A DNA stretch of 64,000 nucleotides from an uncultured Desulfatitalea sp. (lineage in GTDB: Bacteria; Desulfobacterota; Desulfobacteria; Desulfobacterales; Desulfosarcinaceae): contig CAXXMB010000001.1 in the NCBI GenBank assembly GCA_963668675.2, forward strand, positions 288,001 to 352,000, read 5' to 3'. Positions 60,443 to 64,000 of this stretch are shown here, piece by piece. The translations under genes were made by a program, and so were the position numbers. Under the pieces are notes generated by a model that saw only the letters and a list, made by a program, of their open reading frames with translations, ran no database searches and was not told the origin of the DNA. Numbering within the stretch: position 1 is the stretch's first letter; every line of letters begins with the position of its first letter.

Positions 60443-62032
60443 TTATATCAACGCTCTGAAGGTGGGACGAATCTCAACTTTGCCTTTTAAAAACTGTTTC
60501 ACTGCCTGAATTGGGACTTCGCGGCGGTGAAAGATACCTGCTGCAAGGGCTGCGTCGGCGTTGGTCTGGCTGAAAACCTCTTCGAAGTGCTCCACGACAC
60601 CCGCACCGCTCGATGCGATGACCGGTATGGAGACGGCCTCTTTGACCGCGCGGACCAATTCGAGATCGTATCCCGAGTTGGTGCCGTCGCGATCGATGCA
60701 GTTGAGCAGGATCTCTCCGGCACCGAGTTTTTCACACACCTGGGCCAGCGTGATCGCATCGACCGGACGCCCCTCGCGCCCCCCTTTGATGGTGCATTGG
60801 TACCAGCAGTAGTTTTCTCCATTGGGACCCGGCGATTTTGTTGCAATCACCTGGTGGGGCACCTCATCGGGTGAGGCCACATAGATGCGGCGCGGGTCGA
60901 TGGAGATCACCACGGCCTGACTGCCGTAGACGTATGAGATGCGTTCGATAGCGCTCCGGCCGGTGGCCTGGCCGCTCTCAAGATAGGCCTCTACGATCTC
61001 CACCGCGTCGCTGCCAATGGACACTTTGTCAGCACCCGAGCGAAAGTAGGCCGAGGCAACCTCCAGGGCAGAATAGGTACGTCCTTCGGCGTCGGTGAAG
61101 TCCCGAATGCCACCGCCGATGGTCAGCGGAACGAACACGCGCTGTGAGGTCTGCCTGAGCACCTCGAGCATGGGCATATCCGCCAGGGGAAAGTCCCGGA
61201 AACCGGTAATGTTCAAAAAGGTGATCTCGTCGGCCCCCTCTTCGTAGTAGCGCCTGGCAAGCTCTACCGGCTTTCCCAGATTACGGACTTCGCCCTCTTC
61301 ACGCACATCGTATTGGTCCCCCTTGGTCACCACCAGATCATTGCGGTCGTTGGCGCGCACATCCAGACAGGCGATGACGCGTTTGGCCAATTGGGTACGG
61401 CTGCTATTCGTCACGGGTACTACCGGTGAGAGAGACGGATCCAGAAAGTTTTTCAGCAGCCGCAACCCGACCGTACCGCTCTTTTCCGGGTGGTATTGGG
61501 TGGCGATGATGTTTCCTTCCTGAATGGCGCTTACGAATTCACAGCCGTAGTCGGTGGTGGTGAGAACGATCTGCCGATCTTCGGGAACCACGTGGTATGA
61601 GTGGACAAAATAGAATTTTTCATCCCCGGTCACCCCGTTGAACAGCCGCGACGGCTTCTGAACCTTGATGCCGTTCCAGCCGATATGGGGGACGGCCCGG
61701 TCGATTCTGAAACGGTTGACGCTGCCTTTGAAGAGACCCAGGCCCGGCGTATCGGGTGATTCCTCTCCATATTCGAACAGGGCGTGCATGCCCAGGCAGA
61801 TGCCCAGAAAAGGGCGTCCTGAGGTGATATAGTTTTTCAGCGGCTGTACAAATTGCTTCTCTTCCAATATGCGCATCATATTGCCGAAGGCGCCGACACC
61901 GGGGAACACCAGTTTTTCTGCGCACTCAATATCTTGAGCCGTCGATGCCACCTTGATATGTTCGCCAAGGCTCTCGATGGCATTGATCACGCTGCGCACA
62001 TTTCCGGCACCATAATCGAGCAGGGTAATCAT
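60443..62032 (-). CDS. hisHF: Fused HisH-HisF imidazole glycerol phosphate synthase (HIS7-type)
   Basis: LDYGAGN, FPGVG, GICLG, YFVHSY, QYHPEKSG; then IACLDVRANDRNDLVVTKGDQYDVRE, GGGIRD, IDRDGTNSGYD, ASSGAG, ALAAGIFH. Confidence 0.96.
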   Translation of the reverse strand: MITLLDYGAGNVRSVINAIESLGEHIKVASTAQDIECAEKLVFPGVGAFGNMMRILEEKQFVQPLKNYITSGRPFLGICLGMHALFEYGEESPDTPGLGLFKGSVNRFRIDRAVPHIGWNGIKVQKPSRLFNGVTGDEKFYFVHSYHVVPEDRQIVLTTTDYGCEFVSAIQEGNIIATQYHPEKSGTVGLRLLKNFLDPSLSPVVPVTNSSRTQLAKRVIACLDVRANDRNDLVVTKGDQYDVREEGEVRNLGKPVELARRYYEEGADEITFLNITGFRDFPLADMPMLEVLRQTSQRVFVPLTIGGGIRDFTDAEGRTYSALEVASAYFRSGADKVSIGSDAVEIVEAYLESGQATGRSAIERISYVYGSQAVVISIDPRRIYVASPDEVPHQVIATKSPGPNGENYCWYQCTIKGGREGRPVDAITLAQVCEKLGAGEILLNCIDRDGTNSGYDLELVRAVKEAVSIPVIASSGAGVVEHFEEVFSQTNADAALAAGIFHRREVPIQAVKQFLKGKVEIRPTFRALI

Positions 62033-62154
62033 AGGTCAGTCCTCTTGATACTCTCCTTCGCATAGTTGACTCGGGTGCTCATACCCCAGAAAATCGCATA
62101 ATACAAGGGGATCGCCTCGGTGGTAGATTCAGCTTCAGTTGAGCAGCGTGGCAC

Positions 62155-63429
62155 CTAAGCGGAGCGTTTGATCACGTCATCCAGATAGGAGAGGCCTCTA
62201 ATAAAGGTCTCGTCGTCCATATTCATAAAGGAGAGTTTGAAGTGGTTCTTAAATTCGGGTTTAAATGAAAATTCGCCGCCACGGCACCAGGGAGACTGTG
62301 GCACGGATATCGGCCTCGACGACTTGACCCACAAGCTGTATCCGTTTTGATGATGCTCGGCCATCAAAAACGGGTAGTGTTCAATAACCTCCTCCAGCAT
62401 GGATCTTCGGCTCAGGGCAAGGCGACGCACATTGTCGATATGGCGCTTGTAGTGCCCCTGTTTGATAAATTCACGCAAAAATTTTTGCAGTAGCCCGAAA
62501 GAGTTGATATCGGATGAATATTTGGCATAGACGAACTTGTCATGGAGATCGGCCGGAACGACCATGAATCCCAACCGGACGCCGGCAGAGGTCGTCTGGG
62601 AAAATGATTTGATATGAATGGTGTGATCCGGATCGATATCGATAAAGCGGGGGCCGTCCTCTTTCAATTCGCCCAGGTAGTCGTCTTCGATAATGTAAAA
62701 ACGGTTCTGCCGGGCCCGCCTTACAATGGCCTGCTTTTTTTCTCTGCTATACGAAATGCCGGTGGGATTGTGAATCGAGGGCATCGAATAGAAAAGTTTG
62801 AATTTGCCTTTCAGATGCATGTCCAGCTGGTCGATGTCGGGCCCGTCGGCATTGAGGCGGACAAAATGGCGTGCCCTGAACAGTGAGATGGCGCCAGGGT
62901 AAGTCGGGTCTTCAAAAAGGATTGATTCGGAGATCTTAGCGGCAAACACCTTGGAAACCAAGTCGAGACCCTGCTGGGCACCGGAGATGACCAGCATACG
63001 CTCGGACGGGACATGGTAGTGCTGGCTTAGCACCTGAAGCAGTTCCGGATCTCCCCTTGCAGGTGTCGGTGCCAGTGCGGAGCTCTCTTCGGATACGAAG
63101 AGCTGGTTGAAGATCTGTTGCGCCTTTTTATATGGGAAAAGAAGTTCGTTGAGATAGTCGGTCCTGAAATCGAACCGACCGGCGAAGGTCTGGATCTTTT
63201 CAGGAAAGCGGACGTAGGAGCCACTACCGACCTTGTTTTCGATCAGCCCTTCGTTTTTCAGCCGTTCGAACGCTTTGTGCACGGTTGCCTTGTTGACGCC
63301 GAACTGGCTGGTGATCTTGCGGATCGCGGGAATCCGCTCCCCCGGTTTGTATTGACCGGAAGTGATCCTCTCCTTGAGGGTGTCGGCGATGGCCTGGTAT
63401 AGAGGTTTTTTGGAATTCATGCTTGACAC
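62155..63429 (-). CDS. pdxR: MocR/GabR-family regulator, PdxR-like
   Basis: GntR wHTH (LYQAIAD..PGERIPAIR..GSGSYV) plus aminotransferase-like domain (SGAQQGL, EDPTYPG, HNPTG, IIEDDY, RLGF); divergent from pdxS. Confidence 0.85.
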   Translation of the reverse strand: MSSMNSKKPLYQAIADTLKERITSGQYKPGERIPAIRKITSQFGVNKATVHKAFERLKNEGLIENKVGSGSYVRFPEKIQTFAGRFDFRTDYLNELLFPYKKAQQIFNQLFVSEESSALAPTPARGDPELLQVLSQHYHVPSERMLVISGAQQGLDLVSKVFAAKISESILFEDPTYPGAISLFRARHFVRLNADGPDIDQLDMHLKGKFKLFYSMPSIHNPTGISYSREKKQAIVRRARQNRFYIIEDDYLGELKEDGPRFIDIDPDHTIHIKSFSQTTSAGVRLGFMVVPADLHDKFVYAKYSSDINSFGLLQKFLREFIKQGHYKRHIDNVRRLALSRRSMLEEVIEHYPFLMAEHHQNGYSLWVKSSRPISVPQSPWCRGGEFSFKPEFKNHFKLSFMNMDDETFIRGLSYLDDVIKRSA

Positions 63430-63619
63430 TCGTAAGACAAATAATTAATTGTACTATCCTATTTAGTCGATTGTTGCTTTAATTGCAACCGCCGGCGTTC
63501 AGGCGTCGGCAGTGTAGCCGCGTCGGCGCAAGAGCGGTCAGATCGTCTCTTTTTGACCTTCTCTGTACGATATGGCCAAGAGGCTCTGGAAAAACCTAAC
63601 ACCAAAAAGGGATAGCACC

Positions 63620-64000
63620 ATGGCGAGAGAAAAAATCAACAAAGGCTTCGCGGAGATGTTCAAGAACGGCGTCATCATGGACGTCACCACACCAGAACAG
63701 GCGCTGATTGCCCAGGAGGCCGGTGCCTGTGCAGTGATGGCGCTCGAGCGGGTCCCTGCCGATATTCGTAAAGATGGTCAGGTGGCGCGCATGAGCGACC
63801 CGGCAATGATCCAGGCGATTATGGAGGCGGTGAGCATACCGGTGATGGCCAAGGTGCGTATCGGCCACTTTTTGGAGGCGCGGATGCTCGAATCCCTGGG
63901 CGTTGATTTTGTTGATGAGAGTGAGGTCCTCACCCCTGCGGACGAGAGCCGGCATGTGGAAAAGCAGCCTTTTAAAGTTCCTTTTGTCTGCGGCGCCCGA
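63620..64000 (+). CDS. pdxS: Pyridoxal 5'-phosphate synthase lyase subunit, partial
   Basis: Read manually: [22 protein letters not shown]...[13 protein letters not shown]...[10 protein letters not shown]...[11 protein letters not shown]...PFVCGAR; runs off the window end. Confidence 0.97.
   Translation, partial: MAREKINKGFAEMFKNGVIMDVTTPEQALIAQEAGACAVMALERVPADIRKDGQVARMSDPAMIQAIMEAVSIPVMAKVRIGHFLEARMLESLGVDFVDESEVLTPADESRHVEKQPFKVPFVCGAR

Overview
Core-chromosome window from a GC-rich sulfate-reducing deltaproteobacterium. A Desulfobacterales-like origin is inferred from qrcABCD with system II cytochrome c biogenesis, the IspH-UbiA fusion and fused HisHF. No prophage, integrase, transposase or CRISPR array is visible. 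Housekeeping content: parAB/soj-spo0J, EF-G paralog, ppiD, tRNA-Ala(GGC), pit/DUF47, UvrD-like helicase, M16 and M48 peptidases, resB/ccsA, qrcABCD, murA, eno, pyrG, khpA, radC, hisHF, pdxR/pdxS. Features most worth follow-up: (1) a second, plasmid-type ParA + ribbon-helix-helix pair with an upstream palindrome, followed directly by an N-terminally short Rho; (2) an MBOAT (AlgI) gene paired with a protein whose AlgJ-like domain has lost its catalytic triad but which carries a C-terminal SASA esterase domain; (3) a 52-aa membrane ORF inside the qrc transcript, missing from the ORF track; (4) a PdxR-like regulator with Gln at the PLP-binding Lys position; (5) an EF-G with a degenerate domain IV tip; (6) a translationally coupled split histidine kinase pair; (7) two tandem cytoplasmic kinases with 10 and 6 PAS domains; (8) two copies of a ~136-bp MITE with an internal REP-like palindrome; (9) a sigma54-driven 50-aa ORF; (10) a long strand-asymmetric hairpin after radC. 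All family calls come from motif recognition by eye; no database searches were run.
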